From the NCBI GenBank assembly GCA_030390025.1, contig CM059432.1, forward strand, positions 13,890,001 to 13,954,000: a DNA stretch of 64,000 bases. The letters are read 5' to 3'. The notes below the pieces were generated by a model, which was given only the letters and a program-made list of their open reading frames with translations, was not told where the DNA came from and searched no databases. The position numbers were made by a program, and so were the translations under genes. Shown in pieces: positions 25,565 to 38,880 of the stretch (the first letter of the stretch is position 1; each line of letters begins with the position of its first letter). The stretch comes from Squalus acanthias (lineage: Eukaryota).

Positions 25565-28059
25565 GTAATCAGAGGCTTTATATTTTTGTTCTTTCTTTAT
25601 ATATATATATCTTTATTTTTTTTTTAAATGTACTTGTCAAAAATAATTTGGGATCCAATAGATGACAAATGTTCTAACCATCACTTTTGCTTAGATCTTC
25701 AAAAGAATATTTGGACAAAGTGTTAATTTTATTGGTCCAGGAAATAATTCAAGAGGATGAAAACTCCCTTTGTCTCCTAAAGACACTGACTAATGTTGGA
25801 GTATGGCTCCGTTGCAGCCAGCTACCCTATGGTACCTCACCCAAGTGCTTACTATTCATGTAAAAGGATATTGTGAAAGAATTAAATGAAGGGAAAATGC
25901 AGAGATATGGAATTAGAGTAGATGGCTTTAATTTGAAGAGTTAGCACCAGCACAGGACTAAATGGTCTCCCTGCAGTAATATCTGTAATTTCTATGATTC
26001 TATGTATCAGGGGAAGGGAGAGATATCTGAGAGTGATCAATGGATTGATGCTTGCTGTTACCAACTCCCTTGTAAGGTTGAACAATGGCTCTGGTGGAAG
26101 GCAAGGGAATAGGTCGTGTGGATGGCATCGCAGTTGCAGTAAGTGTGTGTGAGCCTGGGGGGGGGGGGGGGATATTTACAGGTAGAAAAATGAGTGAAGG
26201 GTTAAAAGGGATTCCATATTCTGACCCTTATCTGGCCCTTCAAATTTGATTCTTCATATTATTTTCTATATAACCAAACCAAATTAGAGTAACACATAGG
26301 TGTATGGTAGCCTAGTGGTTATGGTACTAGACTAGTAACCCAGAAGGTGGTGGTGAGCCGCCTTCTTGAACCGCTGCAGTCCGTGTGTTTAAACCCTACC
26401 ATGCTTTTCAAACCTTGCACCCGCCCCTCCCCCCACACCCCCTTCCAAACATTTAGAAGGACTAAGCAGCTGGAATGGCCTTCCCAATGGGAGTGCCCCG
26501 GTTCTCCATAATGATGGAGGAGGAAGAGAAGCAGCAGATGCAAGAGGCTATGAGAGTGAGGCACCATGGCAGAAGACAGCTGCCTACTTGCTATTACCCC
26601 TATTGGTGGCGCCACATTTGCGCCTGTTTTATGGCGGTTTTTAAAATGATAAATCAGTGGAAAATTTTTTTTTTTACTTTCTTAAACTATTAGCCTGGTA
26701 AAGGCAGGCCTTGTGCCTGCTTTTCTAGGCGCAGCTGTTCCCGACTTACCTGGACTGATAAAACTCTGAAAAAAACGGAAGTTTCTGCCGTACGCGCTGC
26801 CTATCTGGCGCAGGCGTTTGACCTGGGAAGCCCTTTCTGCAGAGAACGGAAGTTCCGGTTTCCAGCGCATGCGCAGTGCATGCGTAAAACCGGCACTTCC
26901 GTTGGCCCTACGGGTGAGTGCACAGCGCGTACACACCCGTAGGGAACGGAATTTCTAGGCCAATAACTAAAATTATGTGCATGTGCAAAGGAGCATATAA
27001 TAATAATCAAGGCCACTGATTTACAGTTTTCAAGGAACTAAGGATGGAACCAGGAAATTTGATCCATGAAACATTAGTGAAATTATTCATTAGCACTGTA
27101 AAACATTGGCCTTTATAATAATACTTTGTACATCACATTGCATAACGCTCCCTTTATCACAAACCATGACCTGAAATTTGCTGGCACCGCACCCTTTTTC
27201 GGGCACTAACCGGCCGTCTAATATGACGGGCAGGAAGCGCACGCTCATTATGAGCTGGAAATGCACCTTGCGCCATATTGGTATAGGCAAAACAATAGGC
27301 ATCCAGGGCCCGTGCCTGAAACAGGTGTGAGGCCCTTTGAATATTAAATAAGGGCCCAATGCCCGTTTGAGGCTCCCTATGCATAAGTGGTTTGCCCTGA
27401 GGCAGCCAGCACTGGCACCAGCTACATTCAGGAAAACCAGGTTTACATGCAAATTAACAGGCGGTCCGGCCGCCACCTAAAAGGTAAGTTTGTTAAAAAT
27501 ACTTACCTGATTGTAGAGCCGAGAAGAGCAGGAGTACTCCTTCTGGCTCCACATTAACACTACGCGAGTTGATGACGACCACTGCTCGCACCCCTCTCCG
27601 ATTGTGACCTTGACCCACAATCTCACCCCAATTGCTGCACCACCTTCCCAGATCCTGGCCACTGCTATCCTCCCCGATCGCAGCCACTGCTACTATCCCA
27701 GATCCTGGCCACTGCTATCTCCCCGATCGCAGCCACTGCTACTATCCCAGATCCTGGCCACTGCTATCCTGAATTAAAGCAGCGGCAACGGCGAGGCGCC
27801 AATTCAAAAACAACAACAACAACAAAATCAAAGAGTGCCGTCACAGGAGAGCAGGTAGGTGATTGGTTGGTGAGTATTACAGCTTTTCTTTGCTCTCTAA
27901 GTTAGGGAAGGGGGTTAAATTAAGAGCTGAGAAACTGTAACTTGCTAGTACTTATTAAATTAATAACTTAAACTAGGTAAAATAATCAAACAATAAAACT
28001 AAAATATCGATTGAATAAAAGCTTCAACTAATTGATTAATAAATAAAACAAGGTTAGAG

Positions 28060-29274
28060 ATGGCAGGGCAGGTGGAGTGTCGTAACTGCAGCATGTGGGA
28101 GTCTGTGGGGAGCATCGCGATCCCGAGCAACCACATCTGCAGCAAGTGTCTGCAACTCGAGGAACTTCGGCTCAGAATTGTTGAGCTGGAGTCCGAGCTG
28201 CAGACATTGCGATGCATCAGGGAGGGGGGAGAGTTACCTGGACACTTTGTTCCAGGAGGCAGTCACACCCTTTAGGTTAAGTAGTACTTTAGAGTTCGTC
28301 AATGGTCAGGGACAGGAGGGTGTGACTGAGAGTCAGGAAGGTATGGGGACCCAGGATGTAGTGATGGAGGAGCCTCAGCCCTTGACCTTGTCCAACAGGT
28401 ACGAGGTACTTACTGCCTGTATGGATGAGGAAAAGGACTGCAGGGAGGATGGGCAAACTGACCACGGCACCGTGGTACAGGTGGCCATCCAAGTGAGGGG
28501 AGAAGGAAGGAATGTGGTAGTAGTAGGGGACAGTATAGTCAGGGGGATAGATACTGTTCTCTGCAGCCACGAAAGAGAGTCCCGAAGGCTGTGTTGCCTG
28601 CCCGGTGCCAGGGTTAAGGATATCTCCTCGCAGCTGGAGAAGACCTAGAAGTAAAGGGAATTAGGGGTTACGGGGAGCGGGCAGGAAATTGGACATGAGG
28701 CTGAGTTCGGATCGGTCAAGGCCCTGTGGGTGGCGGAGCGGGCCCAGGGGCTGAGTGGCCGGGTCCTGCTCCTACTTCTTGTGTTCTTTAGATTTGAGGT
28801 TAGGATCAGATAAGCCATGATCGTGTTGAATGGCGGAGCAGGCTCGAGGGGCCGATTGGCCTACTCCTGCTCCTATTTCTTATGTTCTTATGTTCTTAAC
28901 TTGGAGTGGGAGGGGAGGATCCAGTTGTCGTGGTCCATTTAGGAACCAACGACATAGGTAGAACTAAGAATGAAGTTCTGCTGAGGGAGTTTGAGGAGCT
29001 AGGGTCTAAATTAATAAGCAGAACCTCAAGGGTAATAATCTCTGGATTACGACCTGAGCCACATGTAAATTGGCATAGGGTCAAGCAGATCAGAGAGTTA
29101 AATGCATGGCTCAAAGAGTGGTGTGGGAAGAAGGGGTTTCAATTCACGGGGCACTGGCAGCAGTACTGGGGAAAGAGGGAGCTGTTCCGTCGGGACGGGC
29201 TCCACTTAAACCGGGCTGGGACCAGTGTCCTGGCAAATCAAATAACTAGGGCTGTAGATAGGGCTTTAAACTAA
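28060..29274 (+). pseudogene. CR1 ORF1: Cys-rich zinc finger, coiled coil and SGNH/GDSL esterase domain (frameshifted and interrupted)
   Basis: CxxC...CxxC (CRNC/CSKC), leucine-zipper-like helix, VVGDS, LPGA, GTND and DGLH motifs. Confidence 0.88.
28645..28898 (+). mobile_element. Short CR1 3'-end insertion with a doubled 3' UTR
   Basis: Starts in the last ORF2 codons (EVKGIRGYGERAG) and ends (ttcttatg)n. Interrupts ORF1. Confidence 0.85.
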
Positions 29275-31247
29275 AAAATGGGGGGAGGGGTCAGGTGAGG
29301 GGAAATTTAGAAACCTATAGAGAAAGGTCAAGGCAATAAAGCAGTGTAGCGATTTGAGTAAAAATAAGCAGAATGTGAAAGGAAGGGACAGAGAGTTTAA
29401 CAGTAGCAGTGCAGCAGAGAATAAGGTCAAAGCAGGAAATAATGGTAAAAAATTTAAATTAAAGGCTCTTTATCTGAATGCATGAAGCATTCGTAACAAG
29501 TTGGACAAACCAATGGCACAAATAGAGATAAGTGGGTTTGATCTAATAGCCATTACACAGAAGTGGTTGCAAGGTGACCAAGGTTGGGAACTCAATGTTC
29601 CAGGGTACTTGACGTTTCGAAAAAACAGGCAGAATGGAAAAGGAGGGGGAGTAGCCCTGATAATAAAGAATGACATAAGGACAGCAGAGAGAAAGGATCT
29701 CGGCTCGGAAGATCAGGAAGTAGAATCAGTATGGGTGGAGATAAGGAACAACAAGGGGCAGAAAACACCGATGGGATAGTAGTATATAGGCCCCCTAACA
29801 TTGGCTACACCATTGGACAGAATATTAATCAAGAAATAGTAGGAGCTTGTAACAAAGGTAATGCAATAATCGTGGGGGACTTTAATCTTCATATAGACTG
29901 GACAAATCAAATTGGCAAAGGTAGTCTGGAGGACAAGTTCATGGAATGCATTTGGGACAGTTTCCTATAACAATACATCATGGAACCAAACAGGGAACAG
30001 GCAATTTTAGATCTTGTATTGTGTAATGAGACAGGGTTAATTAGCAGTCTCATAGTAAAGGATCCTCTGGGGCAGAGTGATCATAATATGATAGAATTTC
30101 ACATTAAGTTTGAGAGTGACTTGCCTAAGTCTGAAACTAGAGCCTTAAATTTAAATAAAGCCAATTACAAAGCTATGAGTGGTGAGTTGGCTAAGGTAGA
30201 TTGGAAAAATAGATTAAAAGGTATGGTGGTAGATAAGCAGTGGCTAGCATTTAAAGAAATATTTCATAATTCTCAACAAAAATACATTCCATTGAGAAAC
30301 AAAAACTCCACGGGAAAAGTGATCCATCCATGGCTAACTAAAGAAGTTAAGGATAGCATTAGATTGAAAGAAGAAGCTTATAATGTTGCAAAGAGTAGTA
30401 ATAGGCCTGAGGATTGGGAGAGTTTCAGAAACCAGCAAAGGATGACCAAAAAATTGATAAAAAGAGTGAAAAATAGAATATGAGAGAAAACAAGCAAAAA
30501 ATATAAAAACAGATTGTAAGAGCTTCTACAAGTATGTAAAAAGGAAGAGAGTAGCAAAAGTAAACATTGGTCCCTTAGAGGCTGAGACAGGAGAAATTAT
30601 TATGGGGAATAAGGAAATGGCAGAAACGTTAAACAAATATTTTGTATCTGTCTTCACATTAGAAGACACAAAAAGCATATCAAAAATGGTGGGGAACCAA
30701 GGGTCTAATGAGGGTGAGGAACTTAACGTAATTAATATAGGTAGAGAAAAGGTACCAGAGAAACTAATGGGACTAAAATCCCCCGGACCTGACGGCCTAC
30801 ATCCTCGGGTTCTAAAAGAGGTGGCTGCAGAGATAGTGGATGCATTGGTTTTGATTTTCCAAAATTTCCTAGATTCTAGAACGGTCCCAATGGATTGGAA
30901 GGTAGCAAATGTAACACCGCTATTCAAGAAAGGAGGGAGAGAGAAAACAGGGAACTACAGGCCAGTTAGCCTGACATCAGTTGTCGGGAAAATGTTGGAA
31001 TCCATTGTTAAGGAAGTGGTATCAGGGCACTTAGAAAATCATAACATGATTAGGCAGAGTCAACATGGTTTTATGAAAGCGAAATTGTGTTTGGCAAATT
31101 TATTAGAGTTTTTTGAGGATGTAACTAGCAGGGTAGATAAAGGGGAACCAGTGGATGTAGTATATTTGGTTTTCTAAAAAGCATTTGATAAGGTGCCACA
31201 TAAAAGGTTATTACACAAGATAAGGGCTCATGGGTTGGGGGTAATAA

Positions 31248-34178
31248 GAACATAAGAACATAAGAAATAGGAGCAGGAGTAGGCCAATCGGCCCCTCGAG
31301 CCTGCTCCGCCATTCAATAAGATCATGGCTGATCTGATCCTAACCGCCAATCTACTATCTATCACAGAACCATCTCCTGCATCTAACAGAATTGCACACA
31401 CGAAATAGGAGCAGAATCAGGCTACACAGTCCCTGGGCCCGCTCCACTACCCACAGGGCCATGACCGATCCGAACCTAGACTCATGTCCAAATTCCTGCC
31501 CGCTCCCCGTAACCCTTAATGCCCTTTACTTCCAGGAAACTGTCTATTTCTGTTTTAAATTTAATTAATGTTGTAGCTTCTACAGCTTTTTGTGGCAGCA
31601 TATTCCATGGACCTACCACCCTCTGAGTGAAGTAGTTCCTCCTCATCTCAGTTTTGAAAGAGCAGCCCCTTATTCTAAGACTATGTCCCCTAGTTCTCGT
31701 CTCACCCGTCATCGGGAACATCCTCCCCGCATCCACCCGATCCAACCCCTTCACAATCTTATATGTTTCAATAAGATCGCCTCTCATTCTTCTGAACTCC
31801 AATGAGTAGAGTCCCAATCTACCCAACCTCTCCTCATATGACCACCCCCTCATCCCCGGGATTAACCGAGTGAACCTTTTTTGCACTGCCTCGAGAGCAA
31901 GGATGTCTTTCCTTAAGTAAGGACACCAAAACTGTATGCAGTATTCCAGGTGCGGTCTCACCAATACCTTGTACAACTGAAGCAATACCTCCCTATTTTT
32001 ATATTCTATCCCCCTAGCAATGAAAGCCAACATTCCATTTGCCTTCTTAATCACTTGCTGCACCTGCATACTAACCTTTTGAGTTTCGTGCACCAGGACC
32101 CCCAGATCCCTTTGCACTTCAGTACTCTCCAGTTTCTTGCCATTAAGATAATAAATTGCTCTAGGATTTTTCCTGCCAAAGTGCATCACCTCACACTTTC
32201 CAGTGTTGTATTCCATCTGCCAAATCTCTGCCCACTTACTTAGCCTGTCTATGTCCCCTTGCAGGTTTTTTATGTCCTCCTCACTCACTACTTTCCCTCC
32301 CATCTTTGTATCATCTGCAAATTTTGATATGTTACACTTGGTCCCTTCCTCCAAATCGTTAATATAGATTGTGAAGAGTTGGGGACCCAGCACTGACCCC
32401 TGTGGAACACCACTAGTTACTGATTGCCAGTCTGAGAATGAACCATTTATCCCAACTCTTTGCTTTCTGTTGGATAGCCAATCCTCTATCCATGCCAGAA
32501 TATTACCCCCAATCCCGTGATTTTTTACCTTAAGCAATAATCTTTTGTGTGGCACCTTGTCAAATGCCTTTTGGAAGTCTAAATACACTACGTCCACTGG
32601 TTCCCCTTTATCCACTCTATATGTTACTTCCTCAAAGAACTCCAGCAAATTTGTCAAACATGACTTCCCCTTCGTAAAACCATGCTGACTTTGTCCTATT
32701 AAATTATGATTATCCAAATGTCCTGTTACTGTTTCCTTAATAATGGACTCCAAAATTTTACCTACCACAGATGTTAGGCTAACCGGTCTATAGTTACCAG
32801 CCTTCTGTCTACTGCCCTTTTTAAATAAGGGTGTTACATTAGCAGTTTTCCAGTCTGCCAGGACCTTAGCGGAATCCAGGGAGTTTTGAAAAATTATTAC
32901 CAATGCATCTACAATCCCTACCGCCACTTCCTTCAAGACTCTAGGATGTAAGCCATCAGGTCCAGGTGATTTATCCGCCTTGAGTCCCATTATTTTACCG
33001 AGTACCACTTCCTTAGTGATTTTGATCGTGTTTAGCTCCTCTCCCCCTATAGCCCCCTGTTTGTCCAGTGTTGGGATATTCTTAGTGTCCTCTACTGTAA
33101 AGACTGATACAAAATATTCATTCAGTGTTTTTGCCATCTCCATATTTCCCACCATTAATTTCCCGGTCTCATTCTCTAAGGGACCAACATTTACTTTAGC
33201 CACCCTTTTTCTTTTTATATAACTATAAAAACTCTTACTATCTGTTTTTATATTTTTTGCTAATTTACTTTCATAATCTATCTTCCCTTTCTTAATCAAT
33301 CTTTTTGTTATTTTTTGCTGCCTTTTCAAGTTTTCCCAATCCTCTGTCCTCCCACTAGATTTCGCTACCTTATATGCCCTTGTTTTTAGTCGAATACTAT
33401 CCTTAATTTCTTTACTTAGCCACGGATGACTGTCCTTTCTTTTACACCCTTTTCTTTTCAGTGGAATATATATTTTTTGGAAGTTGTAAAATAACTCCTT
33501 GAATGTACACCACTGATCATGTGTCGTCTTACCCTTTAATCTATTTTCCCAATCCACTCTACTCAATTCCGCTCGCATACCTTCATAGTCTCCTTTATTC
33601 AAGCTTAGCACGCTTGTTTGAGATCCAACCTTCTCACCCTCTAATTGAATATGGAATTCAACCATGTTATGGTCACTCATTCCAAGGGGATCCTTTACTA
33701 GGACATTTTTAATTAATCCTGTCTCGTTACACAGGACCAGATCTAAGGTTGCTTGCCCCCTGGTCGGTTCAGTTACATACTGCTCAAGAAACCCATCCCT
33801 AATACACTCAATGAACTCATCCTCAAGGCAGCCCTGCCCCATTTGATTTGTCCAATTAATATGATAGTTAAAATCCCCCATAATTATAGATGTTCCCTTA
33901 TTACATGCATCAACTATTTCCTGATTGATACTCCGTCCAATAGAGTTGCAACTGTTCGGAGGCCTATAGACTACGCCCACTAATGTTTTTTTCCCCTTAT
34001 TATTCCTTATCTCCACCCAAACTGTTTCATTATCATGATTTTTTGACCCAATATCATTACTCTGTATTACAGTGATTCCTTCCTTTATTAACATAGCCAC
34101 CCCACCTCCCCTTCCTTCCTGCCTGTCCTTCCTGATCGTTAAATAACCTGGTATGTTTAATTCCCAGGCATTGCCTAA
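31248..34178 (-). mobile_element. Young 5'-truncated CR1 with an uninterrupted ORF2 (EN partly missing, RT complete)
   Basis: Stop-free 910-aa ORF at 31482-34214, of which the first ~15 aa are read-through from the host. Motifs YRPP, GDFN, SDH, FADD. taata duplicated at both ends. Confidence 0.95.
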
Positions 34179-34489
34179 TATAGTAGCATGGATAGAGGAT
34201 TGGTTAACGGACATAAAACAGAGAGTAGGGATAAAAGGATTTTTTCAGGTTGGCAGGCTGTAACTAGATCGACTAAGTGAGTGGGCAGTAAGGTGCAGAT
34301 GAAGTATAATGTAGGGAAATGTGAGGTTATTCACTTTGGTAGGAAGAATAGAAAATCATTATATTTTTTAAATGATGAGAAACTTTCAAATGTTGGCGTT
34401 CAGAGAGATTTGGGTGTCCTCGTGCAAGTAACACAGAAAGCTAGCATGCAGGTACAGCAAGCAATAAGGAAGGCAAATGGCATGTTTTA

Positions 34490-36008
34490 AAAAAAAATGT
34501 TTTTATTCATTTTATGGGATCAGGGCATCACTGGCAATGCCAGCATTTATTGCCCAAGCCTAGTTGCCCTTGAGAAGGTGGTGGTGAGCCGCCTTCTTGA
34601 ACCGCTGCAGTCTGTGTGGTGAAGGTACTCTCACAGTGCTGTTAGGTAGGGAGTTCCAGGATTTTGACCCAGCGACGATGAAGGATCGGCGATATACTTC
34701 TAAGTCAGGATGGTGTGTGACTTGGAGGGGAACTTGGAGGTGGTGGTGTTCCCATGCGCCTGCTGCCCTTGTCCTTCTAGGTCGTGGGTTTGGGAGGTGC
34801 TGCCGAAGAAGCCTTGGCGAGTTGCTGCAGTGCATCTTGTAGATGGTACACACTGCAGCCACGGTGCGCCAGTGGTGGAGGGAGTGAATGTTTAAGGTGG
34901 TGGATGGGATGCCAATCAAGCGGGCTGCTTTGTCCTGGATGGTGCGAAGCTTCTTGAATGTTGTTGGAGCTGCACTCATCCAGGCAAGTGGAGAGTATTC
35001 CATCACACTCCTTTCTTCTGCCTTGTAGATGGTGGAAAGGCTTTGGGGAGTCAGGAGGTGAGACACGCGCCGCAGAATACCTAGCCTCTGACCTGCTCTT
35101 GTTGCCACAGTATTTATGTGGCTGGTCCAGTTAAGTTTCTGGTCAATGGTGACCCCCAGGATGTTGATAGTGGGGGATTCGGTGATGGTAATGCCGTTGA
35201 ATGTCATGGGGAGGTGGTTAGACTCTCGCTTGTTGGAGATAGTCATTGCCTGGCATGTCTGTGGCACGAATGTTACCTGCCACTTATCAGCCCAAGCCTG
35301 AACGTCGTCCAGGTCTTGTTGCATGCGGGCATGGACTGCTTCATTATCTGTGGAGTTGCGAATGGCGCTGAACATGGTGCAGTCATCAGCGAACATCCCC
35401 ATTTCTGACCTTATGTTGGAGGGAAGGTCATTGATGAAGCAGCTGAAGATGGTTGGGCATAGGACACTGCCCTGAGGAACTCCTGCAGCGATGTCCTGGG
35501 GCTGAGATGATTGACCTTCAACCACCACAACCATCTTCCTTTGTGCTAGGTATGACTCCAGCCAGTTGAGCGTTTTCCCCCTGATTCCCATTGACTTCAG
35601 TTTTACCAGGGCTCCTTGATGCCAGACTCGGTCAAATGCTGCCTTGATGTGAAGGGCAGTCCGTCTCACCTCACCTTTGGAATTCAGCTCCTTTGTCCAT
35701 GTTTGGACCAAGGCTGTAATGAGGTCGGCAGCTGAGTGGTCTTGGCGCAACCCAAACTGGGCATCTGTGAGCAGGTTATTGGTGAGTAAGTGCCGCTTGA
35801 TAGCACTGTCGATGACACCTTCCATCACTTTGCTGATGATTGAGAGTAGACTGATGGGGCGGTAATTAGCTGGATTGGATTTGTCCTGCTTTTTGTGGAC
35901 AGGACATACCTGGGCAGTTTTCCACATTGTCGGATAGATGCCAGTGTTGTAGCTGTACTGGAACAGCTTGGCTAGAGGCGCGGCTAGTTCTGGAGCACAA
36001 GTCTTCAG
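34490..36008 (-). mobile_element. LINE family 2, 5'-truncated, RT region open
   Basis: 455-aa ORF at 34560-35927 ending HHHLLKGN. Confidence 0.93.
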
Positions 36009-36353
36009 CCTTTATTACAAGGGGATTGGAGTATAAGAGTAAGGAAGTCTTGCTACAATTCTACAGAACCTTGGTGAGATCACACCTGGAGTACTGTGCA
36101 CAGTTTTGGTCTCCTTATCTAAGGAAGGATATACTTGCCTTGGAGTCGGTGCAACGGAGGTTCACTAGATTGATTCCTGGGATGAGAGGGCTGTCCTATG
36201 ATGAGAGATTGTGTAGTATGGGCCTATACTCTCTGGAGTTTAGAAGAATGAGAGGTGATCTCATTGAAACATACAAGATTCTGAAGGGGATTGACAGGGT
36301 ACATGCTAAGAGGTTGTTTCCCCTGGCTGGAGTGTCTAGAACTAAGGGGCAAT

Positions 36354-37165
36354 GGGCTGGATTTTGTGAATGGAGGCGAGTTGGAGGCGGGACTGCTGAT
36401 TGCCGTGTCAATGTCCCACCTCCATCCTCGCCTGACCAACCAGAGGGATTTTCCCCTGATTGACCTTGTTAAGCCCGCCCTGTGGGCTCAGCAGGCCACT
36501 TAGGGAGGAAGTCACTGACAGAGCACGTCAACGTCAGACGTGCTATCTGTCAAGACTTCTTGAAAGAAGAAATGTCAGCATTTGACAGCTCTGTGAAGCT
36601 GTCAAACACTGACATTCTCTTTAGTTTGATGAGACCTTGTGTTCAGGACTCATCAAACCTTTCAACTTTGTAAATTTCACATGGCTGTTGGTTCGGAGGT
36701 TCCAACAGCCAGTCTGTGAAATTGACAAGGAGGATGTCGGCTCTCCCGATCCACCACGGCTGAAGGCTGTAGGAAGAAAACAAGGTAAGTGAACACTTTT
36801 TAAAACTTATCACTCACCTTGCATACTTACCACTCCACACTTGCACCCATCACTCACCTCTACATCTTACTTCCAGGTGCCTCCGACCCCCGCAGACCTC
36901 CTCCAACCTGGCAGGGTTCTCCGAGGTCGGGAAGCCTTCACCTGTGAAGGCAAAATGGCACTAATCCTTTTTTCTGCCTGTTAACTACCTGTTAAAAGGA
37001 TTAAATTACTTTCCCGCCTCCAGGAGACGGGACCTGAAGCTGCACATCTTCCCGCCTCCTGGCAAAAGGGCACGGAGGCGGGATGGGCGCGGATTTGCCG
37101 TCCGCCCCCACTTTCTCCGAGTTTACCGGCTGTCCCGCCTCCTCGGGGCTTGGAAAATCCAGCCC
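36354..37165. mobile_element. Harbinger-like MITE with the same TIRs as 12796-13571
   Basis: GGGCTGGATTTT...AAAATCCAGCCC, splitting the CR1 sequence aggggc|atagtctcagg. Confidence 0.82.
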
Positions 37166-38880
37166 ATAGTCTCAGGATAATGGGTCGGCCATTTAAGACC
37201 GAGATGAGGAGGAATTTCTTCACTCAGAGGGTTGTGAATCTTTGGAATTTTCTGCCCCAGAGGGCTGTGAATGCTGAGTCTTTGAGTATATGCAAGGCTG
37301 CGATAGATAGATTTTTGGACTCCAGTGGAATCAAGGGATATGGAGATTGGGCGGGAAAATGGAGTTGAGGTCGATGATCAGCCATGATCTTATTGAATGG
37401 TGGAGCAGGCTCGAGGGGCCGTATGGCCTACTCCTGCTCCTAATTCTTATGTTCTTATGCTCCCCAATCTCGGCCACTGCTACCCTCACTTCCAATCGAT
37501 TCCCTCCTGGTCGCCCCCCTCTTCTGATCGCCCCCTCCTCCGGCCTACTTTTAGACCCTGCCTGAGGAACGCTGTCGGCGACTTAGCGGCTTGATATTTG
37601 AGGCTTCTTCTCCAACGAGCTGCCTGGGGACGCTCATTAGGTGCTGATAATGGGGCCCAGGACCCAATATCAGGTATGCCTTAGACCTATTCATTCAGGC
37701 GCAGGGATTGTGCTCTGCACTTTTGGGCACGAACAAATTTTTTCCCCCTGTATATCCGTGAGAAAGGCATGGAAGATCCAATGCGAATAAATTAAATAGG
37801 GTATGAAAGCACACGTTTCCCGTGTGTCATGTTACACATCAGTGCCACATTTTTCGATTGGCTCAACTTTCTTATCTCTAAACAGGCAACAAATCAGAAT
37901 TCTGTAACTCTGAGGAAAATCTACCAGTAAAAGAAAGCAGAAACTCAACCAATCGTACCCTATTTAAAATATTATCTGGATGCCATTTTTTTTCTTCACG
38001 GGGAAATCAATGTTGAAAATAAGGATTGTAACATAATAAAGACAAAAAGAAAATCCGTATTTCACAATAACATGATTAAAATTACCTGCAAAATGTTCTC
38101 ATGAATTTTTGAGGACCATCATTAACGGACATCTCAGTATCTCTGAAAAGCCTAGGATTTCAGTTGATGTTCTTTCTCGATCTAACACTATCAGCTGAAG
38201 AGAAGTAACTGCACCTCCGCCTGCCATTCTCTGGATGCCACAGTCTCTATGCAGTGTATAGAATCTTAATCTTCAGCACTTCCCAGACCCTTCCTCATGG
38301 GGTACAGACATGCCTCCACTCCATCCTCCTCCACCTGCATGTGCTGGATGATCCCAGATGCCACTATCCACCCAGTGCAGCCAACTATCACTAAGTGCTC
38401 TCAAGCCTCAGATCCCAAGTCTCCAAGCCCCCATCATCCATAAGTACTTCCAGCCCAACACCCAAACCTACTCCCCCTACAAACTCCCACCTCCTTCCTC
38501 CCAGCATAAGTTCTCAGTTCCACACTTTCTCTCTTACATGTGTTTCACCTTCTAAATACATAGGAATACATAGAAGTTACAACATGGCAACAGGCCATTC
38601 TGCCCAACCAGTCCGTGTTGGCGTTGATCCTCCATGTGAGCAAATAGTTCTAATCACTTTTACCCACCATGTTCCCATACCCCTTCAATCCCTTTCCCTT
38701 CATCCACCTATCCGCTCCAATCTTGAATATTGACATAGTTTCTGCCTCAACCACCAACCCTTGAAGTTAATTCGGCATCCTCACAACTCTGTGTGAAGAA
38801 TTTTCTCCTGCTCTCAGATCGAAATCTCTTACATTTAATTTTGTATTTTTGGCCGCTTATTCTTCACCTCTCACCTCTAC

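Larger units (their letters stand above)
27770..37459 (+). mobile_element. Near full-length CR1 LINE (5' UTR, ORF1, ORF2, tail) broken by four later insertions
   Basis: ORF1 at 28060-29274. ORF2 pieces at about 29470-31247, 34178-34487, 36008-36353 and 37166-37368. Tail ends near 37459. Each junction restores CR1 sequence. Confidence 0.9.
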
